From NCBI RefSeq assembly GCF_009914755.1, contig NC_060933.1: 64,000 nt of DNA, one strand, 5' to 3'. This document shows, in pieces, positions 44,341 through 59,041 of the stretch. Every line of letters starts with the position of its first letter. Position 1 is the first letter of the stretch. Under the pieces are notes generated by a model that was given only the letters and a program-made list of their open reading frames with translations, did no database searches and was not told the DNA's origin. A program made the position numbers and the translations under genes. The DNA is from the human T2T-CHM13v2.0 reference genome, Homo sapiens.

Positions 44341-47300
44341 ATGGAATTGAATGGAATGGAATGGAATGTAATGGAATGGAATCAACGCGAGTGCAGGGGA
44401 ATGGAATGGAACGCAATGCAATGGAATGGAATCATCCGGAATGGAATGGAATGGAATGGAATGGAATGGAATGGAATGGAATCAACCCGAGTGCAATGGA
44501 ATGGAGTGGAATGGAATGGAATGGAATGGAACAACCCGAATGGAATGGAATGTAATGGAGAGTAAGGGAGTTGAATAGAATCAATCCGAATGTAATAGAA
44601 TGGAATGCAACGGAATGGAATGGAATGGAATGGAATGGAATGGAATGCAATGGAATGGAATCAACCCGAGTACAATGGAATGGAATGGAATGGAATGGAA
44701 TTTAATGGAATGGAATGGAATGGAATGGAATGGAATGGAATGGAATTGTTCCGAGTGGAATAGGAGGGAATGTTTTCGAGTGGAATGGAAAGGAATGGAA
44801 TCAACCAGAGTGGAATGGAAGGGAATGGAATGGAATGGAAACTAATAGAATGGAATCAACCCGAGTGGAATGGAATGGAAAGGACTGGAAAGGAATGGAA
44901 TGGAATGGAATCAACTCGATGGTAATGGAATGGAATGGAATGGAATGGAATGGAATGGAATGGAATTAACCCGAATAAAATGGAATGGAATGGAATGGAA
45001 CGGAATGGAGTGGAATGGAATGGAATCAACCCGAGTGCAGGGGAATGGAATGGAATGGAATGCAATGGAATGTAATCATCCGGAATGGAATGGAATGGAA
45101 TGGAATGCAAAGCAATGGAATCAACTCGATTGCAATGGAATGGAATGGAATGGAAAGGAATACATTGGAATGAACCAGAGTGGAATGGAATGGAAAGGAC
45201 TGGAATGGAGTGGAATGGAATGGAATGGAATGGAATGGAATCAACTCGATTGGAATGGAATGGAGTGGAATGGAATGGAATGGAATTAACCCGAATAGAA
45301 TGGAATGTAATGGAATGGAACGGAACGGAATGGAATGGAATGGAATGGAATGGAATGGAATGGAATCAACCCGACTGCAGGGGAATGGAATGGAATGGAA
45401 TGCAATGGAATGGATTCAACATGAATGGAATGGAAAGAATGGAATCAACACGAGTGGAATGGCATGGATTGGAATGGAATGGAATGGAATCAACCCGAGT
45501 ACAGGGGAATGGAATGGAATGGAATGCAATGGAATGGAATCATCCGTAATGGAATGGAAAGGAATGGAATGGAATGGAATGGAATGGAATGGAATGGAAT
45601 GGAATGGAATCAACTCGATTCCAATCGAATGGAATGGAATGGAATTAACCGGAATAGAATGGAATGGAATGGAATGGAATGGAATGGAATGGAACCGAAC
45701 GGAACGGAACGGAACGGAACGGAGTGGAATGGAATGGAATTGTATGGAATGGAATGGCATGGTACGGAATAGAACGGAATGGAAAGAATTGTAGTGGAAT
45801 GGAATCGAATGGAATGGAATGGAATGGAATCGAATCAACCCGAGTGCAGGGGAATGTAATGGAGCGGAATGCAATGGAATGGAATCATCCGGAATGGAAT
45901 GGAATGGAATGGAATGGAATGGAATGGAATGGAATGGAATCAACCCGAGTGCAATGGAATGGAGTGGAATGGAATGGAATGGAATGGAACAACCCGAATG
46001 GAATGGAATGTAATGGAGAGTAAGGGAGTTGAATAGAATCAATCGGAATGTAATGGAATGGAACGGAATGGAATGGAATGGAATGGAATGGAATGGAATG
46101 GAATGGAATGCAATGGAATGGAATCAACCCGAGAACAATGGAACGGAATGGAATGGAATGGAATGGAATGGAATGGAATGGAATGGAATGGAATGGAATC
46201 AACCCGAGTGCAATGGAATAGAGAGGAATGGAATGGAATGGAATGGAAACTACCCGAATGGAATGGAATGTAATGGAGTGTAAGGGAATTGAATAGAATC
46301 AATCCGAATGGAATGGAATGGAATGGAACGGAATGTAATGGAATGGAATGGAATGGAATCAACCCGAGTGCAGGGGAATGGAATGGAATGGAATGCAATG
46401 GAATGGAATCATCCGGAATGGAATCGAATGGAATGCAATGGAATGGAATGGAATGGAATCAACCCGAGTGCAATGGAATGGAGTGAAATGGAATGGAATG
46501 GAATGGAAACAACCAGAATGGATTGGAATATAATGGAGTGTAAGGGAATTGAATAGAATCAATCTGAATGTAATGAAATGGAATGGAACGGAATGGAATG
46601 GAATGGAATGCAATGGAATGGAATCAACCCGAGTGCAATCGAATGGAATCGAATGCCATGGAATGCAATGGAATGGATTCAACTTGAATGGAAAGGAAAG
46701 AATGGAATCAAGACGAGTGGAATGGCATGGATTGGAATGGAATGGAATGGAATCAACCCGAGTACAGGGGAATGGAATGGAATGGAATGCAATGGAATGG
46801 AATCATCAGTAATGGAATGGAAAGGAATGGAAAGGACTGGAATGGAATGGAATGGAATGGAATGGAATGGAATCAACTCGATTGCAATCGAATGGAATGG
46901 AATGGAATTAACCCGAATAGAATGGAATGGAATGGAACGGAACGGAATGGAATGGAATGGAACGGAACGGAATGGAATGGAATGGAATGGAAAGGAAAGG
47001 AATGGAATGGAATGGAATGGAATGGAATCAACGCGAGTGCAGGGGAATGGAATGGAATCGAATGGAATGGAAAGGAATGGAATGGAATCAACCCGAGTGC
47101 AGGGGAATGTAATGGAAAGGAATGCAATGGAAAGGAATCATCCGGAATGGAATGGAATGGAATGGAATGGAATGGAATCAACCCGAGTGCAATGGAATGG
47201 AGTGGAATGGATTGGAATGGAATGGAACAACCCGAATGGATTGGAATGTAATGGAGAGTAAGGGAGTTGAAAAGAATCAATCCGAATGGAATGGAATGGA

Positions 47301-47370
47301 ATGGAACGGAATGGAATGGAATGGAATGGAATGCAATGGAATGGAATCTTCCGGAATGGAATGGAATGGA
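44110..47370 (+). repeat. Block of about 3.3 kb, near-identical to about 55,443-58,738 (offset 11,333-11,368)
   Basis: ORF pairs 44600/55933 and 44715/56048 (+11,333), 46289/57632 and 46549/57892 (+11,343), and 47286/58654 (+11,368). Shared private variants: TTCAACATG, TCGATTCCAATCG, CAATCGGAATG, CAAGACGAG and CATCAGTAATG. Confidence 0.92.
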
Positions 47371-50300
47371 ATGGAATGGAATGGAATGGAATGGAATGGA
47401 ATGGAATTGTTCCGAGTGGAATAGGAGGGAATGTTTTCGAGTGGAATATAAAGGAATGGAATCAACCAGAGTGGAATGGAAGGGAATGGAATGGAATGGA
47501 AACTAATAGAATGGAATCAACCCGAGTGGAATGGAATGGAAAGGACTGGAATGGAATGGAATGGAATGGAATCAACTCGATGGTAATGGAATGGAATGGA
47601 ATGGAATGGAATGGAATGGAATGGAATTAACCCGAATAAAATGGAATGGAATGGAATGGAACGGAATGGAGTGGAATGGAATGGAATCAACCCGAGTGCA
47701 GGGGAATGGAATGGAATGGAATGCAATGGAATGGAATCATCCGGAATGGAATGGAATGGAATGGAATGCAAAGCAATGGAATCAACTCGATTGCAATGGA
47801 ATGGAATGGAATGGAAAGGAATACATTGGAATCAACCACAGTGGAATGGAATGGAAAGGACTGGAATGGAGTGGAATGGAATGGAATGGAATGGAATGGA
47901 ATCAACTCGATTGGAATGGAATGGAGTGGAATGGAATGGAATGGAATTAACCCGAATAGAATGGAATGTAATGGAATGGAACGGAACGGAATGGAATGGA
48001 ATGGAATGGAATGGAATGGAATGGAATGGAATCAACCCGACTGCAGGGGAATGGAATGGAATGCAATGCAATGGAATGGATTCAACTTGAATGGAATGGA
48101 AAGAATGGAATCAACACGAGTGGAATGGCATGGATTGGAATGGAATGGAATGGAATCAAGCCGAGTACAGGGGAATGGAATGGAATGGAATGCAATGGAA
48201 TGGAATCATCCGTAATGGAATGGAAAGGAATGGAATGGAATGGAATGGAATGGAATGGAATCAACTCGATTGCAATCGAATGGAATGGAATGGAATTAAC
48301 CGAATAGAATGGAATGGAATGGAATGGAATGGAACTGAACGGAACGGAATGGAATGGAATGGAATGGAATGGAATGGAATGGAACGGAAAGGAAGGGAAT
48401 GGAATGGAATAGAATGGAATGGAATGGAATCAACGCGAGTGCAGGGGAATGTAATGGAATGGAATGCAATGGAATGGAATCTTCCGGAATGGAATGGAAT
48501 GGAATGGAATGGAATGGAATGGAATGGAATCAACCCGAGTGCAATGGAATGGAGTGGAATGGAATGGAATGGAATGGAACAACCCGAATGGAATGGAATG
48601 TAATGGAGAGTAAGGGAGTTGAATAGAATCAATCCGAATGAAATGGAATGGAATGGAACGGAATGGAATTGAATGGAATGGAATGGAATGGAATGCAATG
48701 GAATGGAATCAACCCGAGTGCAACGGAAAGGAGAGGAATGGAATGGAATGGAATGGAATGGAATGGAATGGAATGGAATCGTTCCGAGTGGAATAGGAGG
48801 GATGTTTTCGAGTGGAATGGAAAGGAATGGAATCAACCAGAGTGGAAAGGAAGGGAATGGAATGGAATGGAAACTAATAGAATGGAATCAACACGAGTGG
48901 AATGGAATGGAAAGGACTGGAATGGAATGGAATGGAATGGAATCAACTCGATTGTAATGGAATGGAATGGAATGGAATGGAATGGAATGGAATGGAATCA
49001 ACCCGAGTGCAATGGAATGGAGTGGAATGGAATGGAATGGAATGGAACAACCCGAATGGATTGGAATGTAATGGAGAGTAAGGGAGTTGAAAAGAATCAA
49101 TCCGAATGGAATGGAATGGAATGGAACGGAATGGAATGGAATGGAATGGAATGCAATGGAATGGAATGGAATGGAATCCAATGGAATGGAATCTTCCGGA
49201 ATGGAATGGAATGGAATGGAATGGAATGGAATGGAATGCAATGGATTCAACTGTATTGCAATGGAATGGAATAGAATGGAATGGAATGTAATGGAATGGA
49301 ATTAAACCGAATAGAATGGAATGGAATGGAATGGAACGGAACAGAACGGAATGGAACGGAACGGAGTGGAATGGAATGGAATGGAATTGTATGGAATGGA
49401 ATGGAATGGTACGGAATAGAATGGAATGGAAAGAATTGGAATGGAATGGTATCGAATGGAATGGAATGGAATGGAATGGAATCAACCCGAGTGCAGGGGA
49501 ATGTAATGGAACGGAATGCAATGGAATGGAATCATCTGGAATGGAATGGAATGGAATGGAATGGAATGGAATGGAATGGAATGGAATCAACCCGAGAGCA
49601 ATGGAATGGAGTGGAATGGAATGGAATGCAATGGAACAACCCGAATGTAATGGAATGTAATGGAGGGTAAGGGAGTTGAATAGAATCAATCCGAATGTAA
49701 TGGAATGGAACGGAATGGAATGGAATGGAATGGAATGGAATGGAATGGAATGGAATGCAATGGAATGGAATCAACCCGAGTACAATGGAACGGAATGGAA
49801 TGGAATGTAATGGAATGGAATGGAATGGAATGGAATGGAATGGAATGGAATGGAATCAACCCGAGTGCAATGGAATGGAGAGGAATGGAATGGAATGGAA
49901 TGGAAACTACCCGAATGGAATGTAATGTAATGGAGTGTAAGGGAATTGAATAGAATCAATCCGAATGGAATGGAATGGAATGGAACGGAATGTAATGGAA
50001 TGGAATGGAATGGAGTCAAACCGAGTGCAGGGGAATGGAATGGAATGGAATGCAATGGAATGGAATCATCCGGAATGGAATGCAATGGAATGCAATGGAA
50101 TGGAATGGAATGGAATCAACCCGAGTGCAATGGAATGGAGTGAAATGGAATGGAATGGAATGGAAACAACCAGAATGGATTGGAATATAATGGAGTGTAA
50201 GGGAATTGAATAGAACAAATCTGAATGTAATGAAATGGAATGGAACGGAATGGAATGGAATGGAATGGAATGGAATGCGATGGAATGGAATCAACCCGAG

Positions 50301-53300
50301 TGCAATCGAATGGAATCGAATGGAATGGAATGCAATGGAATGGATTCAACTTGAATGGAATGGAAAGAATGGAATCAACACGAGTGGAATGGCATGGATT
50401 GGAATGGAATGGAATGGAATCAACCCGAGTACAGGGGAATGGAATGGAATGGAATGCGATGGAAAGGAATCATCCGTAATGGAATGGAAAGGAATGGAAT
50501 GGAATGGAATGGAATGGAATGGAATCAACTCGATTGCAATCGAATGGAATGGAATGGAATTAACCCGAATAGAATGGAATGGAATGGAATGGAACGGAAC
50601 GGAATGGAATGGAATGGAATGGAACGGAACGGAATGGAATGGAATGGAATGGAATGGAATCAACGCGAGTGCAGGGGAATGGAATGGAATGGAATGCAAT
50701 GGAATGGAATCTTCCGGAATGGAATGGAATGGAATGGAATGGAATGGAATGAAATGCAATGGATTCAACTAGATTGCAATGGAATGGAATAGAATGGAAT
50801 GGAATGGAATGGAATGGATTTAATCCGAATAGAATGGAATGGAATGGAATGGAACGGAATGGAACGGAATGGAATGGAATGGAATGGAATGGAATGGAAT
50901 GGAATGGAATGGAATGCAATGGAATGGAATCAACCCGAGTGCAATGGAAAGGAGAGGAATGGAATGGAATGGAATGGAAACTACCCGAATGGAATGGAAT
51001 GTAATGGAGTGTAAGGGAATTGAAAAGAATCAATCCGAATGTAATGGAATGGAATGGAACGGAATGGAATGGAATGGAATGGAATGGAATCAACCCGAGT
51101 GCAATCGAATGAAATCGAATGGAATGGAATGCAATGGAATGGATTCAACTTGAATGGAATGGAAAGAATGGAATCAACACGAGTGGAATGGCATGGATTG
51201 GAATGGAATGGAATGGAATCAACCCGAGTACAGGGGAATGGAATGGAATGGAATGCAATGGAATGGAATCATCCGTAATGGAATGGAAAGGAATGGAATG
51301 GAATGGAATGGAATGGAATGGAATGGAATCAACTCGATTGCAATCGAATGGAATGGAATGGAATTAACCCGAATAGAATGGAATGGAATGGAATGGAACG
51401 GAACGGAATGGAATGGAATGGAATGGAATGGAATGGAACGGAACGGAACGCAATGGAATGGAATGGATTGGAATGGAATGGAATCAACGCGAGTGCAGGG
51501 GAATGGAATGGAATGGAATGCAATGGAATGGAATCTTCCGGAATGGAATGGAATGGAATGGAATGGAATGAAATGCAATGGATTCAACTCGATTGCAATG
51601 GAATGGAATAGAATGGAATGGAATGGAATGGAATGGAATTAATCCGAATAGAATGGAATGGAATGGAATGGAACGGAATGGAACGGAATGGAATGGAATG
51701 GAATGGAATGGTATGGAATGGAATGGAATGGTACGGAGTAGAATGGAATGGAACGAATTGTAATGGAATGGAATTGAATGGAATGGAATGGAATGGAATG
51801 GAATCAACGCGAGTGCAGGGGAATGTAATGGAACGGAATGCAATGGAATGGAATCATCCGGAATGGAATGGAATGGAATGGAATGGAATGGAATGGAATG
51901 GAATGGAATCAACCCGAGTGCAATGGAATGGAGTGGAATGGAATGGAATGGAATGGAACAACCCGAATGGAATGGAATGGAATGGAGAGTAAGGGAGTTG
52001 AATAGAATCAATCCGAATGTAATAGAATGGAATGCAACGGAATGGAATGGAATGGAATGGAATGGAATGCAATGGAATGGAATCAACCCGAGTACAATGG
52101 AATGGAATGGAATGGAATGGAATTTAATGGAATGAAATGGAATGGAATGGAATGATACGGAATAGAATGGAATGGAACGAAATGGAATGGAATGGAATGG
52201 AATGGAATGGAATGGAATGGAATGGAATGGAATGGAATGGAATTGTTCCGAGTGGAATAGGAGGGAATGTTTTCGAGTGGAATGGAAAGGAATGGAATCA
52301 ACCAGAGTGGAATGGAAGGGAATGGAATGGAATGGAAACTAATAGAATGGAATCAACCCGAGTGGAATGGAATGGAAAGGACTGGAATGGAATGGAATGG
52401 AATGGAATCAACTCGATGGTAATGGAATGGAATGGAATGGAATGGAATGGAATGGAATGGAATTAACCCGAATAAAATGGAATGGAATGGAATGGAACGG
52501 AATGGATAGGAATGGAATGGAATCAACCCGAGTGCACGGGAATGGAATGGAATGGAATGCAATGGAATGGAATCATCCGGAATGGAATGGAATGGAATGG
52601 AATGCAAAGCAATGGAATCAACTCGATTGCAATGGAATGGAATGGAATGGAAAGGAATACATTGGAATCAACCAGAGTGGAATGGAATGGAAAGGACTGG
52701 AATGGAGTGGAATGGAATGGAATGGAATGGAATGGAATCAACTCGATTGGAATGGAATGGAGTGGAATGGAATGGAATGGAATTAACCCGAATAGAATGG
52801 AATGTAATGGAATGGAACGGAACGGAATGGAATGGAATGGAATGGAATGGAATGGAATGGAATCAACCCGACTGCAGGGGAATGGAATGGAATGTAATGC
52901 AATGGAATGGATTCAACTTGAATGGAATGGAAAGAATGGAATCAACACGAGTGGAATGGCATGGATTGGAATGGAATGGAATGGAATTAACCCGACTACA
53001 GGGGAATGGAATGGAATGGAATGCAATGGAATGGAATCATCCGTAATGGAATGGAAAGGAATGGAATGGAATGGAATGGAATGGAATGGAATGGAATGGA
53101 ATCAACTCGATTGCAATCGAATGGAATGGAATGGAATTAACCCGAATAGAATGGAATGGAATGGAATGGAATGGAATGGAACGGAACGGAACGGAACGGA
53201 ACGGAACGGAGTGGAATGGAATGGAATGGAATTGAATGGAATGGAATGGCATGGTACGGAATAGAACGGAATGGAAAGAATTGTAATGGAATAGAATGGA

Positions 53301-54383
53301 ATGGAATGGAATGGAATGGAATGGAATAAACCCGAGTGCAGGGGAATGTAATGGAGCGGAATGCAATGGAATGGAATCATCCGGAATGGAATGGAATGGA
53401 ATGGAATGGAATGGAATGGAATCAACCCGAGTGCAATGGAATGGAGTGGAATGGAATGGAATGGAATGGAACAACCCGAATGGAATGGAATGTAATGGAG
53501 AGTAAGGGAGTTGAATAGAATCAATCCGAATGTAATGGAATGGAACGGAATGGAATGGAATGGAATGGAATGGAATGGAATGGAATGGAATGGAATGGAA
53601 TGGAATCAACCCGAGTGCAGGGGAATGGAATGGAATGGAATGCAATGGAATGGAATCATCCGGAATGGAATCGAATGGAATGCAATGGAATGGAATGGAA
53701 TGGAATCAACCCGAGTGCAATGGAATGGAGTGAAATGGAATGGAATGGAATGGAAACAACCAGAATGGATTGGAATATAATGGAGTGTAAGGGAATTGAA
53801 TAGAATCAATCTGAATGTAATGAAATGGAATGGAACGGAATGGAATGGAATGGAATGGAATGGAATGCAATGGAATGGAATTAACCCGAGTGCAATCGAA
53901 TGGAATCGAATGCCATGGAATGCAATGGAATGGATTCAACTTGAATGGAATGGAAAGAATGGAATCAACACGAGTGGAACGGCATGGATTGGAATGGAAT
54001 GGAATGGAATCAACCCGAGTACAGGGGAATGGAATGGAATGGAATGCAATGGAATGGAATCATCCGTATTGGAATGGAAAGGAATGGAATGGAATGGAAT
54101 GGAATGGAATGGAATGGAATGGAATCAACTCGATTGCAATCGAATGGAATGGAATGGAATTAACCGAATAGAATGGAATGGAATGGAATGGAACGGAACG
54201 GAATGGAATGGAATGGAATGGAATGGAATGGAATGGAACGGAAAGGAAGGGAATGGAATGGAATAGAATGGAATGGAATGGAATCAACGCGAGTGCAGGG
54301 GAATGGAATGGAATGGAATGCAATGGAATGGAATCTTCCGGAATGGAATGGAATGGAATGGAATGGAATGGAATGGAATGGAA

Positions 54384-54900
54384 TCAACCCGAGTGCAATG
54401 GAATGCAGTGGAATGGAATGGAATGGAATGGAACAACCCGAATGGAATGGAATGTAATGGAGAGTAAGGGAGTTGAATAGAATCAATCCGAATGTAATGG
54501 AATTGAATGGAACGGAATGGAATTGAATGGAATGGAATGGAATGCAATGGAATGGAATCAACCCGAGTGCAATGGAAAGGAGAGGAATGGAATGGAATGG
54601 AATGGAACAAACCGAATGGAATGGAATGTAATGGAGAGTAAGGGAGTTGAATAGAATCAATCCGAATGTAATGGAATGGAATGGAACGGAATGGAATTGA
54701 ATGGAATGGAATGGAATGCAATGTAATGGAATCAACCCGAGTGCAATGGAAAGGAGAGGAATGGAATGGAATGGAATGGAAACTACCCGAATGGAATGGA
54801 ATGTAATGGAGTGTAAGGGAATTGAAAAGATTCAATCCGAATGTAATGGAATGGAATGGAACGGAATGGAATGGAATGGAATGGAATGGAATCAACCCGA
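54384..54900 (+). repeat. Three tandem modules of 174-175 bp (copy at +8,615)
   Basis: AG(A/T)GTAAGGGA(G/A)TTGAA occurs at 54,461, 54,635 and 54,810. The 58-aa periodicity is visible in ORF 54160..54735. Confidence 0.8.
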
Positions 54901-54953
54901 GTGCAATCGAATGAAATCGAATGGAATGGAATGCAATGGAATGGATTCAACTT

Positions 54954-55121
54954 GAATGGAATGGAAAGAATGGAATCAACACGAGTGGAATGGCATGGAT
55001 TGGAATGGAATGGAATGGAATAAACCCGAGTACAGGGGAATGGAATGGAAAGAATGGAATCAACACGAGTGGAATGGCATGGATTGGAATGGAATGGAAT
55101 GGAATCAACCCGAGTACAGGG
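54954..55121 (+). repeat. 84-bp tandem micro-duplication (copy at 63,569-63,736)
   Basis: GAATGGAATGGAAAGAATGGAATCAACACGAG...CCCGAGTACAGGG occurs twice with one mismatch (TAAACCC/TCAACCC). The 28-aa repeat is visible in ORF 54956..55477. Confidence 0.9.
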
Positions 55122-58100
55122 GAATGGAATGGAATGGAATGCAATGGAACGGAATCATCCGTAATGGAATGGAAAGGAATGGAATGGAATGGAATGGAAT
55201 GGAATGGAATGGAATGGAATGGAATCAACTCGATTGCAATCGAATGGAATGGAATGGAATTAACCCGAATAGAATGGAATGGAATGGAATGGAACGGAAC
55301 GGAATGGAATGGAATGGAATGGAATGGAATGGAATGGAACGGAACGGAATGGAATGGAATGGAATGGATTGGAATGGAATGGAATCAACGCGAGTGCAGG
55401 GGAATGGAATGGAATGGATTGCAATGGAATGGAATCTTCCGGAATGGAATGGAATGGAATGGAATGGAATGGAATGAAATGCAATGGATTCAACTCGATT
55501 GCAATGGATTGGAATAGAATGGAATGGAATGGAATGGAATGGAATTAATCCGAATAGAATGGAATGGAATGGAATGGAACGGAATGGAACGGAATGGAAT
55601 GGAATGGAATGGAATGGTATGGAATGGAATGGAATGGTACGGAATAGAATGGAATGGAACGAATTGTAATGGAATGGAATTGAATGGAATGGAATGGAAT
55701 GGAATGGAATGGAATCAACGCGAGTGCAGGGGAATGGAATGGAACGGAATGCAATGGAATGGAATCATCCGGAATGGAATGGAATGGAATGGAATGGAAT
55801 GGAATGGAATGGAATCAACCCGAGTGCAATGGAATGGAGTGGAATGGAATGGAATGGAATGGAACAACCCGAATGGAATGGAATGTAATGGAGAGAAAGG
55901 GAGTTGAATAGAATCAATCCGAATGTAATAGAATGGAATGCAACGGAATGGAATGGAATGGAATGGAATGGAATGGAATGCAATGGAATGGAATCAACCC
56001 GAGTACAATGGAATGGAATGGAATGGAATGGAATTTAATGGAATGGAATGGAATGGAATGGAATGGAATGGAATGGAATTGTTCCGAGTGGAATAGGAGG
56101 GAATGTTTTCGAGTGGAATGGAAAGGAATGGAATCAACCAGAGTGGAATGGAAGGGAATGGAATGGAATGGAAACTAATAGAATGGAATCAACCCGAGTG
56201 GAATGGAATGGAAAGGACTGGAAAGGAATGGAATGGAATGGAATCAACTCGATGGTAATGGAATGGAATGGAATGGAATGGAATGGAATGGAATGGAATT
56301 AACCCGAATAAAATGGAATGGAATGGAATGGAACGGAATGGAGTGGAATGGAATGGAATCAACCCGAGTGCAGGGGAATGGAATGGAATGGAATGCAATG
56401 GAATGGAATCATGCGGAATGGAATGGATTGGAATGGAATGCAAAGCAATGGAATCAACTCGATTGCAATGGAATGGAATGGAATGGAAAGGAATACATTG
56501 GAATGAACCAGAGTGGAATGGAATGGAAAGGACTGGAATGGAGTGGAATGGAATGGAATGGAATGGAATGGAATCAACTCGATTGGAATGGAATGGAGTG
56601 GAATGGAATGGAATGGAATTAACCCGAATAGAATGGAATGTAATGGAATGGAACGGAACGGAATGGAATGGAATGGAATGGAATGGAATGGAATGGAATG
56701 GAATGGAATCAACCCGACTGCAGGGGAATGGAATGGAATGGAATGCAATGGAATGGATTCAACATGAATGGAATGGAAAGAATGGAATCAACACGAGTGG
56801 AATGGCATGGATTGGAATGGAATGGAATGGAATCAACCCGAGTACAGGGGAATGGAATGGAATGGAATGCAATGGAATGGAATCATCCGTAATGGAATGG
56901 AAAGGAATGGAATGGAATGGAATGGAATGGAATGGAATGGAATGGAATGGAATCAACTCGATTCCAATCGAATGGAATGGAATGGAATTAACCCGAATAG
57001 AATGGAATGGAATGGAATGGAATGGAATGGAATGGAACCGAACGGAACGGAACGGAACGGAACGGAGTGGAATGGAATGGAATTGTATGGAATGGAATGG
57101 CATGGTACGGAATAGAACGGAATGGAAAGAATTGTAATGGAATGGAATCGAATGGAATGGAATGGAATGGAATCGAATCAACCCGAGTGCAGAGGAATGT
57201 AATGGAGCGGAATGCAATGGAATGGAATCATCCGGAATGGAATGGAATGGAATGGAATGGAATGGAATGGAATGGAATGGAATGGAATCAACCCGAGTGC
57301 AATGGAATGGAGTGGAATGGAATGGAATGGAATGGAACAACCCGAATGGAATGGAATGTAATGGAGAGTAAGGGAGTTGAATAGAATCAATCGGAATGTA
57401 ATGGAATGGAACGGAATGGAATGGAATGGAATGGAATGGAATGGAATGGAATGGAATGCAATGGAATGGAATCAACCCGAGTACAATGGAACGGAATGGA
57501 ATGGAATGGAATGGAATGGAATGGAATGGAATGGAATGGAATCAACCCGAGTGCAATGGAATAGAGAGGAATGGAATGGAATGGAATGGAAACTACCCGA
57601 ATGGAATGGAATGTAATGGAGTGTAAGGGAATTGAATAGAATCAATCCGAATGGAATGGAATGGAATGGAACGGAATGTAATGGAATGGAATGGAATGGA
57701 ATCAACCCGAGTGCAGGGGAATGGAATGGAATGGAATGCAATGGAATGGAATCATCCGGAATGGAATCGAATGGAATGCAATGGAATGGAATGGAATGGA
57801 ATCAACCCGAGTGCAATGGAATGGAGTGAAATGGAATGGAATGGAATGGAAACAACCAGAATGGATTGGAATATAATGGAGTGTAAGGGAATTGAATAGA
57901 ATCAATCTGAATGTAATGAAATGGAATGGAACGGAATGGAATGGAATGGAATGCAATGGAATGGAATCAACCCGAGTGCAATCGAATGGAATCGAATGCC
58001 ATGGAATGCAATGGAATGGATTCAACTTGAATGGAAAGGAAAGAATGGAATCAAGACGAGTGGAATGGCATGGATTGGAATGGAATGGAATGGAATCAAC

Positions 58101-59041
58101 CCGAGTACAGGGGAATGGAATGGAATGGAATGCAATGGAATGGAATCATCAGTAATGGAATGGAAAGGAATGGAAAGGACTGGAATGGAATGGAATGGAA
58201 TGGAATGGAATGGAATCAACTCGATTGCAATCGAATGGAATGGAATGGAATTAACCCGAATAGAATGGAATGGAATGGAACGGAACGGAATGGAATGGAA
58301 TGGAACGGAACGGAACGGAATGGAATGGAATGGAAAGGAAAGGAATGGAATGGAATGGAATGGAATGGAATGGAATGGAATGGAATCAACGCGAGTGCAG
58401 GGGAATGGAATGGAATCGAATGGAATGGAAAGGAATGGAATGGAATCAACCCGAGTGCAGGGGAATGTAATGGAACGGAATGCAATGGAAAGGAATCATC
58501 CGGAATGGAATGGAATGGCATGGAATGGAATGGAATGGAATGGAATCAACCCGAGTGCAATGGAATGGAGTGGAATGGAATGGAATGGAATGGAACAACC
58601 CGAATGGATTGGAATGTAATGGAGAGTAAGGGAGTTGAAAAGAATCAATCCGAATGGAATGGAATGGAATGGAACGGAATGGAATGGAATGGAATGGAAT
58701 GCAATGGAATGGAATCTTCCGGAATGGAATGGAATGGAATGGAATGGAATGGAATGGAATAGAATGCAATGGATTCAACTGTATTGCAATGGAATGGAAT
58801 AGAATGGAATGGAATGGAATGGAATGGAATGGAATGGAATGGAATTAAACCGAATAGAATGGAATGGAATGGAATGGAACGGAACAGAACGGAATGGAAC
58901 GGAATGGAAGGGAACGGAGTGGAATGGAATGGAATGGAATTGTATGGAATGGAATGGAATGGTACGGAATAGAATGGAATGGAAAGAATTGGAATGGAAT
59001 GGTATCGAATGGAATGGAATGGAATGGAATGGAATCAACCA

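Larger units (their letters stand above)
50427..59041 (+). repeat. 8,615-bp higher-order repeat unit, copy 1
   Basis: 50,427-55,385 reappears at +8,615 with identical ORF translations (50560..51093 = 59175..59708; 52482..53264 = 61097..61879; 54947..55228 = 63562..63843). Confidence 0.93.
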
